Of a stretch of DNA of 64,000 nt, positions 23,036-33,868 are shown in pieces (position 1 is the stretch's first letter; every line of letters starts with the position of its first letter). The notes under the pieces were generated by a model. The model was given only the letters and a program-made list of their open reading frames with translations. It did no database searches and had not been told where the DNA came from. The translations under genes and the position numbers were made by a program. Source of the stretch: a bacterium (GTDB taxonomy: Bacteria; Patescibacteriota; Microgenomatia; Levybacterales; UBA12049); NCBI GenBank assembly GCA_021824155.1, contig JAKALN010000002.1, positions 15,775 through 79,774 on the forward strand. Reading direction: 5' to 3'.

Positions 23036-24315
23036 AATATTTTCTTGCCTATTAAAATCTTCCTGGTTTCAAGCATTGCAGAGTAGGTAGGCAGGATAAA
23101 AAGGGTTTCTCCTTCCGGCACATTGTTTAGAGATACTTTTACAGCTTGGTCCAAATCTTCAAAAGTTTCGGATTTAAGCTCTGAATACTTTAGCCTTAAC
23201 GCCATATCATAAGCCCTGTCGCCTGAGGTAAATATTTTAATCTTTGAGTCTATTAAAATTTCGAAGTCAATGTCCCAAATCCATGATACATCCCTTCCAT
23301 CTGGAATCCTATCGTTAAGAATTATTAAAAGGTACTTTGCTTTAGCATCGTTTATTGTTCTTAAAGATTCATTGAAGCTTGTTGGATTTTTTGCAAGAAA
23401 AAACTTAATTTTTTTATCTTTGGCAATGATCTCTTCCTGCCTTCCAAAAGCAGGCTTGAAATTAATGAGAGATTTATTTATGTTATCTTCACTTATACCT
23501 GTATCTTTTGCAAAAAGAATCGCTGCCAAGACGTTATACATGTTATAAACACCTTCAAGAGGATGATTATTTGTTTTCTCTATGTCTAAAAGCGGTCTTT
23601 TAAGATTACAGTTTGGGCAAGACCAGTTTCCAAGATGAGAATAATAAACCGGGTTTAATTCCAGTTTAGACGAACATTTGGGACAGAGAGTGGAGTCTGC
23701 AGCGTTTTGGGGAATTTCGTTTTTTAAAGAAAGTTCATTCAAGCCAAAATATTGAACATTCATTCCCGGCTTCATTCCAAGATAAGCTATTCGGGGATCG
23801 TCGGCGTTTAGGATAAACTTGGTTTTGTCCTTAAGCTTTTCGTAAATTTGTGCCCAATTTTTTGAAATTGTGTTAACTTCTCCATATCTGTCCAATTGAT
23901 CCCTGAAAAGGTTAAGAGCAATTAGATAATCAGGCTTAATTTTTTGACTGATTTTTGTAAGCGCGTTTTCATCTATTTCAAATACCGCAAAATCTTTTCT
24001 AATTTTGCCAAAGATATCTGCTTCAATAACCAGAGAAGATGCGACACCGTTTAATAAATTTGCTCCCGATTGGTTTACAAAGACAGTTTTGCCGTTTTTT
24101 TCCAGAATTGTTTCTATAAGTTTTGCAGTTGTTGTTTTACCGTTTGTGCCGGTTACAAAAATAACTGTTGTTTTTGAATATTCAAGGATATCGGAAACAA
24201 AATCAGGATTTATGGAAAGGGCAATGTGTCCGGGCCACGTTGAGCCATTCCCAAGGTTTAAAGCCCCGCTTAAAAAAGATAAGAATTTTCCTATTAATAT
24301 TAACAATGTGTTCAT
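23032..24315 (-). CDS. murT: Lipid II isoglutaminyl synthase, MurT subunit
   Basis: GTNGKTTT, NLFRDQLDRYGE, two CxxC, DGRDVSWIWD, TYSAML. Confidence 0.92.
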   Translation of the reverse strand: MNTLLILIGKFLSFLSGALNLGNGSTWPGHIALSINPDFVSDILEYSKTTVIFVTGTNGKTTTAKLIETILEKNGKTVFVNQSGANLLNGVASSLVIEADIFGKIRKDFAVFEIDENALTKISQKIKPDYLIALNLFRDQLDRYGEVNTISKNWAQIYEKLKDKTKFILNADDPRIAYLGMKPGMNVQYFGLNELSLKNEIPQNAADSTLCPKCSSKLELNPVYYSHLGNWSCPNCNLKRPLLDIEKTNNHPLEGVYNMYNVLAAILFAKDTGISEDNINKSLINFKPAFGRQEEIIAKDKKIKFFLAKNPTSFNESLRTINDAKAKYLLIILNDRIPDGRDVSWIWDIDFEILIDSKIKIFTSGDRAYDMALRLKYSELKSETFEDLDQAVKVSLNNVPEGETLFILPTYSAMLETRKILIGKKIL

Positions 24316-24322
24316 TTAAGTA

Positions 24323-25225
24323 TTACATTTCCCGCAGAGCTTTTATTCTTTCTTCAACCGGAGGATGAGTATCAAATAGGGAAGCAAACCATGATTTTGC
24401 CGATTTGCCTTTAAAAGGGTTTACTATAAAAAGATGGGCCGTAGCATTATTGGCAGTTTTTAAAACGTTCGGGTCTTTTGAAATTTTTTCCAATGCGCTT
24501 GCTAATCCTTCGGGATACCTTGTTAATAAAGCTCCCGAAGCATCTGCCAAAAATTCTCTTTTTCTTGAAACAGCAAGTTGGATAAGAGTTGCTGCTATAG
24601 GTGAGAGTATTGCTAAAACAATTCCAATTACAAGAAACAAAGCTTGTATATTATTTCCTCTACTGTCTCTGTCTTCATTAAATCCTCCAAACCAAAGTTG
24701 TCTCATGAAAAGATTAGCCAAAATCGCAATAAACCCTACAAGAATTGCGACAACTCCCATGAGTCTTATATCATAGTTTTTGACGTGCGATAGTTCATGC
24801 GCAATTACTCCCTCAAGTTCGACATGGTCGAGTTTATTTAAGATTCCGCTGGTTACACAGACAACAGAGTGTTTGGGGTCCCTTCCCGTTGCAAAGGCGT
24901 TTGGCGACGGGTCATTTATTATATATATTTTAGGCATCGGAAGGCCATCTCCAATACATAAGTTTTCAACGGTCCTGAAAAGTTCGGGGTTGTCCGATTT
25001 TTTTATTTCTTTTGCTCCGGATGTTGCAAGTACCAGTTTATCCGAGTAATAATAGCTTCCGATGCTGGTAATTCCGGCAAAGACAAGAGCAAATCCTGCC
25101 AAAGAAAGTCCATAACCCATTGCTTTGCTGAAAACGTAAACAATGGTTGTAACAAAAATGACAAAAAAAAGCATTATCAGCCAAGTTTTTGTCTTATTTC
25201 CGGAAATAGACGAATAAACTTTCAT
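24323..25225 (-). CDS. htpX: M48 zinc metalloprotease HtpX
   Basis: PNAFATG, AHELSH, SRKREFLADA, THPP..ERI. Confidence 0.93.
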   Translation of the reverse strand: MKVYSSISGNKTKTWLIMLFFVIFVTTIVYVFSKAMGYGLSLAGFALVFAGITSIGSYYYSDKLVLATSGAKEIKKSDNPELFRTVENLCIGDGLPMPKIYIINDPSPNAFATGRDPKHSVVCVTSGILNKLDHVELEGVIAHELSHVKNYDIRLMGVVAILVGFIAILANLFMRQLWFGGFNEDRDSRGNNIQALFLVIGIVLAILSPIAATLIQLAVSRKREFLADASGALLTRYPEGLASALEKISKDPNVLKTANNATAHLFIVNPFKGKSAKSWFASLFDTHPPVEERIKALREM

Positions 25226-25229
25226 CGAA

Positions 25230-25781
25230 TTAGAAACTTACTTTTACGGGTTTTTTCTCCTCGTCAGTTGCGCCGAAAAATTCTGCTTCTTTAAAATTTA
25301 ATAGTTTGCCTATAAAAACGTTAGGGAAGACTTGAAGTTTCGTGTTGTAATCTAAAACTGTACTGTTGTAGAACTGCCTTGCGTAAGCAATTTTATTTTC
25401 CGTGTCCGAAAGTTCATCCTGCAGTTCCATGAAATTCTGGCTTGCTTTAAGCTCGGGATAATTTTCTGCAACAGCAAAGATTGACTTCAGAGTTTCCGAA
25501 AGCTGATTATTTGCGGTAGCTTTTTCTGCCGCACCTTTTGCCGAAACAAGACTCGCTCTTTCTTCTGTTACTTTTTCAAAAAGTTCCTTTTCGTGTTTCG
25601 CATAACCCTTTACCGTTTCTACAAGATTGGGGATTAAGTCTGCTCTTCTCTTAAGCTGTACATCTATTTGGGAGAAAGCTTCGGAAACCCTCATTCTTGT
25701 TACAATAAGGCTGTTATACAAATACCAAACGAAGATAATAATGGCCGCAGCTATTACTATAAGGATAATTGTACTATTCAT
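25230..25781 (-). CDS. lemA: LemA family protein
   Basis: [33 protein letters not shown]; SD AAGGAGGTG. Confidence 0.95.
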   Translation of the reverse strand: MNSTIILIVIAAAIIIFVWYLYNSLIVTRMRVSEAFSQIDVQLKRRADLIPNLVETVKGYAKHEKELFEKVTEERASLVSAKGAAEKATANNQLSETLKSIFAVAENYPELKASQNFMELQDELSDTENKIAYARQFYNSTVLDYNTKLQVFPNVFIGKLLNFKEAEFFGATDEEKKPVKVSF

Positions 25782-25794
25782 TGTTTCACCTCCT

Positions 25795-27567
25795 TTACTT
25801 TCTTAACCACTCCAGGAATTTATTATACGATAATGTATTGAGTATGTCACTTTTTGTAGCCCAACCGCGCTTTGCCATTGCGACTCCGTATTTCTGCAGA
25901 TACATTTGATCTTTCGCATGGCTGTCGGTATCTATAACCATTTTTACGTCTGAGCTTACGGCCATTCTTATTACAGAATCGGAAAGGTCGAGTCTTGCCG
26001 GCCAGCTGTTTATTTCCAGGGCTTTATTATTTTTTTTGCAAAATTCAAAAATTTTATCCCAGTTTAATTCATAACCCTGCCTCTCGTTAAGAAGCCTTCC
26101 TGTCGGGTGGGCGAGTATCTTAGCCTTTTTATGTGATAAACCGTTTATTACACGCTCTGTCATTTTATCTTTATCCATATTAAAGACACTATGGATTGAT
26201 ACAATTGCTCCATCCAATAAATCCAGAGATTTATCGTCAATTGCAAGCTTACCGTCCGGTAAAATATCTATTTCGAGCAATTTAAATATACGAGCATCTT
26301 TATTACTCGATAAAATATGTTCAATAGTTTCATTTCGTCTTGATATAAGTGAATAAATTTGTTCTTTAGTATGTTTGGATATGCTTGGATTGTGCTCAGA
26401 AAACCCTACATAATCGTAATTGAGGCTTTTGGCTGTTTCCAGCATTTCTTTAAAACTGCTGGTTCCCAAGTCATGGCTGGGTTCAATCGGAAAATTTGAA
26501 TGAAGGTGAAGGTCTCCCTTAATATCTTTAATTTCGACGACTTTAGGCAGTTTGCCTTCTGCCGCAAGTTCAATTTCCCCGGTATCTTCCCGCATTTCGG
26601 GGGGAATCCAGGGAAGACCCACTGCTTTATAAAAATCCTCTTCATTTTCATATTGTTCACTTTTCCATTTTCCGTCTTTTGATTTTCTTTTTATGCCGTA
26701 TTCCGAGAGGGAAAGTCCTTTTTTAAGAGCAAATTCCCTAAGATGAACGTTATGGTTTTTACTTCCCGTAAAATGCTGAAGTAATGCCCCGAAGCCTTCG
26801 GGCGGCTGAATAAGAAGGTCTATCTGTTTTCCTCCGGAGGCAAGAATGGAGGAGGAAACTGCTCCTTTTTCTATAACCCTGTCTATGTAAGGATATGCAG
26901 TAAAGTAATTCAATACTGCCTTGGGGTTTTTTGAGGCTACAGCTATATCGATATCACCAACTGTCGGCGAGCTTCTTCTAAGGCTTCCTAAGGGTTCTGC
27001 TCTTAGGACGTCTTCTGATTTTCTTAAATATTCAAGCATTTTGCCGGCTACTTCGGAAGCAAAAGGCAAAGTCATTCTTGTAGTTTTACCGCTTCCTTTT
27101 CTAAATTCGGAAATAGCCCTTAAGATGTCGCTCTGGGATTTTTCTCCAAAACCGGCAAGCGGTGCGATTTTTCCAATTTTTGCGACTTTTTCGAGGTCGT
27201 CTATAACGGTATCAGGATTCTTAAAGTTGAACTCTTTTACCAGTTTATATGCTTTTTTAGGTCCGAATGAAGGAATATCCAATAAAGGAAAAACGGCTTC
27301 CGGAATTCCGGAAAGGGCCCATTCATAATGTGAAACTTTTCCCTTCTTAAAAAGCTCTTCAAGTCTTGATTTAAGAGTGATTCCGATTCCGGGTATTTCA
27401 TCTAAGCGGCCTTCCCTGTAATAATCTTTTATTTCCGAAGTAAGGCCGCCGATTGCTTCCGCAGCCCTCTGGTAAGCGACAATTTGAAAATGAAATTTTT
27501 TTTCATCTTTAATTGTATAAGCTGCGGCGACGTTTTTTAATAATTTAGCGATTTCGGCGTTATTCAT
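25795..27567 (-). CDS. polX: DNA polymerase X with C-terminal PHP domain
   Basis: GSLRR..GDID, HFTGSK.HN, PPEMRED, GDLHLH, DSH; start at MNNAEIA. Confidence 0.95.
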   Translation of the reverse strand: MNNAEIAKLLKNVAAAYTIKDEKKFHFQIVAYQRAAEAIGGLTSEIKDYYREGRLDEIPGIGITLKSRLEELFKKGKVSHYEWALSGIPEAVFPLLDIPSFGPKKAYKLVKEFNFKNPDTVIDDLEKVAKIGKIAPLAGFGEKSQSDILRAISEFRKGSGKTTRMTLPFASEVAGKMLEYLRKSEDVLRAEPLGSLRRSSPTVGDIDIAVASKNPKAVLNYFTAYPYIDRVIEKGAVSSSILASGGKQIDLLIQPPEGFGALLQHFTGSKNHNVHLREFALKKGLSLSEYGIKRKSKDGKWKSEQYENEEDFYKAVGLPWIPPEMREDTGEIELAAEGKLPKVVEIKDIKGDLHLHSNFPIEPSHDLGTSSFKEMLETAKSLNYDYVGFSEHNPSISKHTKEQIYSLISRRNETIEHILSSNKDARIFKLLEIDILPDGKLAIDDKSLDLLDGAIVSIHSVFNMDKDKMTERVINGLSHKKAKILAHPTGRLLNERQGYELNWDKIFEFCKKNNKALEINSWPARLDLSDSVIRMAVSSDVKMVIDTDSHAKDQMYLQKYGVAMAKRGWATKSDILNTLSYNKFLEWLRK

Positions 27568-27660
27568 GGCAAAAAAATAATAACACTTCATCTTTTTTTA
27601 CACAAGCAAAGCATTGACTATAGCTATACAATTTGTTAGGATACTCTAAATCTTAAGTAG

Positions 27661-27735
27661 GGGGTGGTAGCTCAGTTTGGTTAGAGCGCTTCCCTGTCAC
27701 GGAAGAGGTCGCGGGTTCGAGTCCCGTTCACCCCG
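27661..27735 (+). tRNA. tRNA-Asp(GTC)
   Basis: CTTCC-CTGTCAC-GGAAG anticodon arm, GGTTCGAGTCC T arm. Confidence 0.96.
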
Positions 27736-27781
27736 CTTATACTTATAAATTCCTTACCTCTGTCCAGGAAGGAGGACAAAA

Positions 27782-28405
27782 ATGCCAAGAACAAAAAAAA
27801 CAGCAAAAAACAAAACTGCTTCCAAAAATATTGTTAAAAACAATATTTTTCCCGAAGTCAAATGGGGGGAATCATACACAAGCTTATTTTTAGGGATAGT
27901 AGTAGTTGTAGTTGCGGCAATTCTTGTTTTTTCTTTCCTAAAAGGAAGAAATTTTAACAAAACAACTTCAACCCAATCTACCTCAACAGCTTCTGCGACT
28001 GCGCAGCAGCAAGTGGGTGGTACAAAAATGCTCCCAAAAACTTACGAAGTTAAACCGGGAGACGATCTTTGGAGTATAGCCGAAAAAATTTACGGTTCGG
28101 GGTACAACTGGGTGGATTTGGCAAGCGCAAATAAATTAGAAGATCCCAATCTTTTATATTCAGGAACTAAGCTTATTGTTCCTAATGTAAAAACAAAGGA
28201 GATCACAGCGCCTTCTGCAGTGGTTGAGCAACCGGTGAATTCTATAACCGGAGTTACCTATACTGTTGAAAAAGGAGACTACCTTTGGGCAATTGCAATA
28301 AGAGCTTACGGAGACGGATACAAATGGGTTGAAATAGCGAAAGCTAACAATCTTGTAAATCCGGACATAATACATACGGGTAATGTATTAAAACTTCCCC
28401 GTTAA
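27782..28405 (+). CDS. Membrane-anchored protein with two LysM domains
   Basis: TM, then YEVKPGDDLWSIA and YTVEKGDYLWAIA repeats; SD GGAGG. Confidence 0.92.
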   Translation: MPRTKKTAKNKTASKNIVKNNIFPEVKWGESYTSLFLGIVVVVVAAILVFSFLKGRNFNKTTSTQSTSTASATAQQQVGGTKMLPKTYEVKPGDDLWSIAEKIYGSGYNWVDLASANKLEDPNLLYSGTKLIVPNVKTKEITAPSAVVEQPVNSITGVTYTVEKGDYLWAIAIRAYGDGYKWVEIAKANNLVNPDIIHTGNVLKLPR

Positions 28406-28501
28406 CTTATTGTAAAAGGGATAAAGGCCTTATTGAATGGGTGGTACAATACCGCAATAATTGACGTATCCATTAGTGAATTATGCTAAAATAGTTCACA
28501 T

Positions 28502-28573
28502 GCGGATGTAGTTCAGTGGTAGAATGTCTCCTTCCCAAGGAGAAGGTCACCGGTTCGAATCCGGCCATCCGCT
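28502..28573 (+). tRNA. tRNA-Gly(CCC)
   Basis: GCGGATG/CATCCGC acceptor stem, TCTCC-TTCCCAA-GGAGA anticodon arm. Confidence 0.93.
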
Positions 28574-28758
28574 CAGGACAACTTCCGTTGCGAGTTCCCG
28601 CCTGCATTGCCTTTTGGCAAAACCGATGGCGGGCAGGGATTCACGTATCCCAGCTCAATTTAAACTGACTACAAAAAAGCTTACCGGTTTTAGTCCGGCC
28701 TTTTCGTTTGTATAAAATTTATTATTGACCTTTTGAAAGTATTCTGATATCATAAATC

Positions 28759-30429
28759 GTGCCCTCTAGTAATATTAAAAAAACAAAATACATATTTGTT
28801 TCCGGAGGAGTAATATCCGGAATAGGTAAAGGAACTACTGCCGCTTCCATAGCTCTTCTTCTTAAATCTGCGGGTTATAAGGTAAATCCTATTAAGTTTG
28901 AGAATTATCTGAATCTTGACGCGGGTACAATAAATCCTATAGAGCATGGAGACCCATTTTTATGCGAAGACGGAACAGAGGCAGATATGGATATCGGCAG
29001 CTATGAGAAGTTTTTGAATGAGAATATGGGTAAAAATAACTTCGTAACAATGGGACAAATTTACAAAACCGTTATAGACAGGGAAAGAAGATTTGAGTAT
29101 GACGGGGAAGATGTAGAAGCAATTCCCTATATCACAAATGAGATTATTCACCGAGTAGAAAATGCCGGAAAGGTAAACAATGCGGATATAGTAATTATAG
29201 AACTGGGCGGTACGGCAGGTGAATATCAAAACGTATTTTATTACGAAGCATCAAGGATGATGACTTTAAAAAAGCCGGGGGACGTAATTCATGTGCATGT
29301 GAGCTATGTCCCTACTCCGGGACATTTGGGAGAACCCAAAACTAAGCCGACCCAGCTTTCGGTAAGGACGTTAAATTCAATGGGAATTCAGCCCGATTTT
29401 GTAATCACCCGGTCGTCAAAATTTTTAGATGAGAGAAGAAAAGACAGGCTTGCGCTATTTTGCAACATGCACAAAGATGACGTAATTTCCAGCCCCGACT
29501 TAAATTCTGTTTACGAAATTCCTCTGGTCTTAAAAAAACAGGGTTTAGATAAGAAAATACTAAAAAAATTGGGACTGAGGCAAAGAGTTGCAAATCTTAA
29601 AGAATGGGAAAACATGATTGATAAAATGAAGCACGTAAAAAAAGAAGTAGAAATCGCGATTGTGGGAAAATATTTTGGAACGGGAGAATACCAGCTAAGA
29701 GATTCCTATGCGGCGCTTTTTGATGCGATTGACCATGCATCATGGGAAAGCGGGGTAAAAGTAAAAACACATTGGGTAGATGCTGAAAAAATTGAAAAAG
29801 AGGGGGCGGAGAAAATAATAGGAAAAGTAAATGGAATTATTGTTCCGATAGGATGGGGAGAGCGCGGAGCGGAGGGGATGATTCAGGCTGCAAGTTATGC
29901 GAGAAACAAAAAAATTCCTTATCTTGGTCTTTGTTACGGAATGCAGCTTGCGGCAGTTTCTTTTGCCAGAGACGTATTGGGTTTAAAAAATGCAAATACT
30001 GTAGAAAACGACCCGGAAACAAAAAATCCGGTAATTCATTTTATTCCAAACCAAAAAGAACTTATGGAAAGAAGAGCTTACGGGGGAACGATGAGGCTAG
30101 GCGGTTGGGAAGCTAAAGTTAAAAAAGGGACCATGGCTTATAAGATTTACGAAAAATATAATAGTTTCTTAAATAAAAATAAGTCCATTATCAGCGAAAG
30201 ACATAGACATAGATATGAATTTAACGATGTTTTTTCAAAACAGTTCGAGGAAAAGGGAATGATTATAAGCGCAAGATCCGTAATAGAAAACCTTGCGGAA
30301 ATAATAGAAATTCCAAAAACCGAGCATCCGTTTTATTTCGGTACGCAGGGTCATCCGGAGTATAAAAGCAGGCCTTTATCACCCCACCCTATTTTTATCG
30401 AATTTATAAAGGCCGCGGCGGAAAACTAA
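28759..30429 (+). CDS. pyrG: CTP synthase
   Basis: KYIFVSGGVISGIGKG, KTKPTQ, GLCYGMQ, ERHRHRYE, HPE; GTG start. Confidence 0.97.
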   Translation: MPSSNIKKTKYIFVSGGVISGIGKGTTAASIALLLKSAGYKVNPIKFENYLNLDAGTINPIEHGDPFLCEDGTEADMDIGSYEKFLNENMGKNNFVTMGQIYKTVIDRERRFEYDGEDVEAIPYITNEIIHRVENAGKVNNADIVIIELGGTAGEYQNVFYYEASRMMTLKKPGDVIHVHVSYVPTPGHLGEPKTKPTQLSVRTLNSMGIQPDFVITRSSKFLDERRKDRLALFCNMHKDDVISSPDLNSVYEIPLVLKKQGLDKKILKKLGLRQRVANLKEWENMIDKMKHVKKEVEIAIVGKYFGTGEYQLRDSYAALFDAIDHASWESGVKVKTHWVDAEKIEKEGAEKIIGKVNGIIVPIGWGERGAEGMIQAASYARNKKIPYLGLCYGMQLAAVSFARDVLGLKNANTVENDPETKNPVIHFIPNQKELMERRAYGGTMRLGGWEAKVKKGTMAYKIYEKYNSFLNKNKSIISERHRHRYEFNDVFSKQFEEKGMIISARSVIENLAEIIEIPKTEHPFYFGTQGHPEYKSRPLSPHPIFIEFIKAAAEN

Positions 30430-30469
30430 ACGATTGTCAAGCTCCGAATTTTAAGATATAATATGCTTT

Positions 30470-30757
30470 ATGTTAAATACGGTTAATTTTGTTCCCGGTG
30501 ATATTATAAGAGTTCACCAAAAAATAAAAGAAGGCGAAAAAACGCGAATTCAGGTTTTTGAAGGTGTAGTTTTAAAAATTAAAGGAAGAACCGGAAATAA
30601 AACTTTTACGGTCAGAAAAAATGTAGGAACTGTGGCCGTCGAGAGAATATTTCCCGTTAATACTCCTAATATAGATAAGGTTGAAGTTAAGGGCCATCTT
30701 AAAGAAAAAACAAGAAGGGCGAAATTATATTTCCTTCGGGAAAAAAAGAACAACTAA
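30470..30757 (+). CDS. rplS: 50S ribosomal protein L19
   Basis: [34 protein letters not shown]. Confidence 0.96.
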   Translation: MLNTVNFVPGDIIRVHQKIKEGEKTRIQVFEGVVLKIKGRTGNKTFTVRKNVGTVAVERIFPVNTPNIDKVEVKGHLKEKTRRAKLYFLREKKNN

Positions 30758-30767
30758 TTTTCACTAA

Positions 30768-31133
30768 ATGAGGATTTCTAATCCTACTGCCAAAAAAGGA
30801 GAGGATCTCGCCGCCAAATATCTTCAAAACCACGGTTACAAAATCATTGAGAGAAACTTCAGAAAAGGTTATGGAGAAATAGATATTATTTGCTTAAAAG
30901 ATAATACTTTGATTTTTGTTGAGGTAAAGACAAGAACTACAGAAGCTTTTGGGGGAGTAAGGGAATCAATATCCGGATTTAAAATCCGAAAACTGATTCA
31001 AACTGCGCAGTTCTATAAAATGATCCACTCAAATCTTCCGGAACTGCTTCGCATAGATGCAATATTAATAGACCTAAACGGAATAAATAAAGTTGAAAAT
31101 ATGGAACACATAGAGAACATCAGTCAATTTTAA
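30768..31133 (+). CDS. yraN: YraN family (UPF0102) nuclease-like protein
   Basis: GEDLAAKYL...ERNFR...GEIDII...FVEVKTR. Confidence 0.9.
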   Translation: MRISNPTAKKGEDLAAKYLQNHGYKIIERNFRKGYGEIDIICLKDNTLIFVEVKTRTTEAFGGVRESISGFKIRKLIQTAQFYKMIHSNLPELLRIDAILIDLNGINKVENMEHIENISQF

Positions 31134-33108
31134 GGTGGCGGATTTGGTCCCGGAGGATTGTTGCAGTTTCAAAATCAAGCTCCTTTGCGGCTTTTCGCAT
31201 TTCCTTGCCCAGGTTTTTTATAAGTTTTTCGCGTTCATCGGGAAGTATCACTTCTTTTTTACTCAGCGTTAAAAGAAAATTCATCTCTTCTTTCTCTTTT
31301 TGTTCTTGTATAAGTTTTGCACGGACCGATTTTTCTATCCCTTTTGGAGTTATGTGGTGCTTTTTGTTGTAAGTTATTTGGATTTCTCTTCTTCTTTCCA
31401 CTTCTTTTATTGCAGCGTCCATAGAGCCGGTTACGCTGTTTGCATACATGATTACTTCCGCTTCAAGGTGTCTGGCTGCTCTTCCCATAGTCTGGATCAA
31501 AGACGTTTTGCTTCTTAAAAATCCTTCTTTGTCTGCATCTAAAATCGCAACCAAAGAAACTTCCGGCAGGTCAAGCCCTTCTCTTAAAAGGTTTATTCCC
31601 ACAAGAACATCATATTCACCAAGCCTTAATCTATCCAAAACATCCTGTCTTTCCAGAGTTTCAACATCGGAGTGTAAATAAGAAACTTTAATGTCCCTTT
31701 CTTCAAGATAGGAAGATAAATCTTCTGCCATTCTTTTTGTTAAAGTGGTGACTAAAACTCTTTGTTTTTTCTTAACCCTTTTTTGGATTTCGCTTATTAA
31801 ATCTTCTATCTGTCCTTTTGTAGGTTTAATTGTGATTTTCGGGTCAACAAGACCGGTGGGTCTTATAAGCTGTTCTATAATACTGTCCGATTCTTTTGCA
31901 AGAGAAAGTTCATAATCGTCCGGTGTTGCGCTGACATAGACATTCTGGTTTATTCTTTGCATAAATTCTTTGTATTTTAACGGTCTGTTGTCCAAAGCCG
32001 ATGGGAGTCTAAAACCATATTCAATTAGAGTTTCCTTTCTTGATCTGTCTCCGTTGTACATTCCTCTGATTTGGGGAACCGTAATATGTGATTCATCTAT
32101 TACCGTAAGAAAATCAGGGGAACATTCCCGGAAGAAGTTTAATAAGGTATAGGGGGGCTCTCCCGGTTTTCTCCCGTCAAAATACCTGGAATAATTTTCT
32201 ATTCCGTTGACATATCCTAATTCCTGGATCATTTCCAAATCGTAATTGGTTCTCTGGGAAAGCCTATGCGCCTCAAGTATTTTTCCTTTTTTGTTAAGTT
32301 CAAATACCCTTTTTTCCATGTCTTCCCTGATTTTAGGAAAAACGTCTTTGTATGTGTCCGGATTGGTCATATAATGCTTTGCCGGATAAATTATTGTTGC
32401 GTCAATTGCTCCTGATATATTTCCCGTCAGAGGGTCAAATTCGTAGATATTTTTTATCAAATTATTGCTTAGTTCAATTCTGACCCCGTTATCCAGGTAT
32501 GCCGGAAATAAGTCTATATCTTCTCCTCTTACTCTAAATGTTCCACGTTTAAATCCGTAGTCATTTCTTTCGTACTGGAGGTCGGAAAGTCTTAACAAAA
32601 TACTTTTCTGGTCAATTTTAACTCCCTTTTTTATTTCCATAACAAATTTTCCGTATTCCATAGGGGAGCCAAGGTTATAAATGCAGGATACGGAAGCAAC
32701 TACGATTACGTCTTTTCTTGTCAAAAGGTTTGTTGTTGCAGAGAGCCTTAGCTTATCTATTTCTTCGTTAATTTCAACCTCTTTTTCAATATAAGTGTCG
32801 CTGTGGGGAATATAAGCCTCAGGCTGATAATAATCGTAATAAGATACAAAGTAACAAACAGCATTGTCCGGAAAAAAATCCCTAAACTCCTGATAAAGCT
32901 GTCCCGCCAGGGTTTTATTGTGTGAAATTACAAGGGTGGGTTTTTGTATATTCTGTATGACGTTTGCCATTGTAAACGTTTTTCCGCTGCCGGTTACGCC
33001 AAGCAATACCTGGTGTTTATTATTTTTTTCGATGCTTTGCGTGAGCTTATCAATAGCCTGGGGCTGATCACCGGTAGGTTTGAAATCCGATTTAAGTTTA
33101 AATTTCAT
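31120..33108 (-). CDS. uvrB: Excinuclease ABC subunit B
   Basis: PTGDQPQAI, GVTGSGKT, YYDYYQPEAY, NLLREGLD. Confidence 0.98.
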   Translation of the reverse strand: MKFKLKSDFKPTGDQPQAIDKLTQSIEKNNKHQVLLGVTGSGKTFTMANVIQNIQKPTLVISHNKTLAGQLYQEFRDFFPDNAVCYFVSYYDYYQPEAYIPHSDTYIEKEVEINEEIDKLRLSATTNLLTRKDVIVVASVSCIYNLGSPMEYGKFVMEIKKGVKIDQKSILLRLSDLQYERNDYGFKRGTFRVRGEDIDLFPAYLDNGVRIELSNNLIKNIYEFDPLTGNISGAIDATIIYPAKHYMTNPDTYKDVFPKIREDMEKRVFELNKKGKILEAHRLSQRTNYDLEMIQELGYVNGIENYSRYFDGRKPGEPPYTLLNFFRECSPDFLTVIDESHITVPQIRGMYNGDRSRKETLIEYGFRLPSALDNRPLKYKEFMQRINQNVYVSATPDDYELSLAKESDSIIEQLIRPTGLVDPKITIKPTKGQIEDLISEIQKRVKKKQRVLVTTLTKRMAEDLSSYLEERDIKVSYLHSDVETLERQDVLDRLRLGEYDVLVGINLLREGLDLPEVSLVAILDADKEGFLRSKTSLIQTMGRAARHLEAEVIMYANSVTGSMDAAIKEVERRREIQITYNKKHHITPKGIEKSVRAKLIQEQKEKEEMNFLLTLSKKEVILPDEREKLIKNLGKEMRKAAKELDFETATILRDQIRHLKID

Positions 33109-33237
33109 AGGTAAACTATTTTAACACAGAATTCTAATATTGAACCAGTTTGTATTATATTGTTTTCTTGACAAAGTTCCACTTTTTTTCGTATAAAATA
33201 TACATACGGATAAATAATTGATTTTTCTAAAAATATT

Positions 33238-33867
33238 ATGCCGGGAGTTTTATACAAAAAAGAAAGAGAAGTTCTGGAGTTTTTAGCCCAATTCCAAAGA
33301 CAATACGGGTATTCTCCAACTTTGGCGGAAATAGCAAAAGCTACGGGACATAAAAGCAACTCAACTGTCCATACGCTAATTCGTTCGCTTGTTGAAAAAG
33401 GATATGTGCAAAAAGTTGACGGAAATACCAGAGTGCTTAAAATAATAGATGAAAAAGTAACAATGTCAATGTTGGGAAGCGAGCCGGCAATTGAACTTCC
33501 CTTAATGGGGTTTATAGCTGCCGGCCGGCCCTTAGAGCCTCACACCGACCCTAATGCTTCCGTTTTCGTAGCAGCTAATATGATTTCGGGGGGAAAAACC
33601 GCGTATGCATTACAGGTAAAGGGTAATTCAATGATTGAGGAAGGAATTTTTGACGGAGACTATGTTGTTATAGAAAGGGTAAATGTTGCCGATAACGGAG
33701 ATATTGTTGTTGCTATTGTGGACGACAATCTGGCGACATTAAAAAAATTCTACAAAGAAGACGGAAGAGTTGTTTTAAGGCCCGCAAATTCGGAAATGGA
33801 CCCTATTTACCCTAATTCTTTGTTAATACAGGGAAAAGTTGTCGGTTTAGTCCGAAGGTTCCAGTAG
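33238..33867 (+). CDS. lexA: LexA repressor
   Basis: N-terminal wHTH (YSPTLAEIA), AAG cleavage site, GNSM (Ser), TLKK (Lys). Confidence 0.93.
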   Translation: MPGVLYKKEREVLEFLAQFQRQYGYSPTLAEIAKATGHKSNSTVHTLIRSLVEKGYVQKVDGNTRVLKIIDEKVTMSMLGSEPAIELPLMGFIAAGRPLEPHTDPNASVFVAANMISGGKTAYALQVKGNSMIEEGIFDGDYVVIERVNVADNGDIVVAIVDDNLATLKKFYKEDGRVVLRPANSEMDPIYPNSLLIQGKVVGLVRRFQ

Positions 33868-33868
33868 T

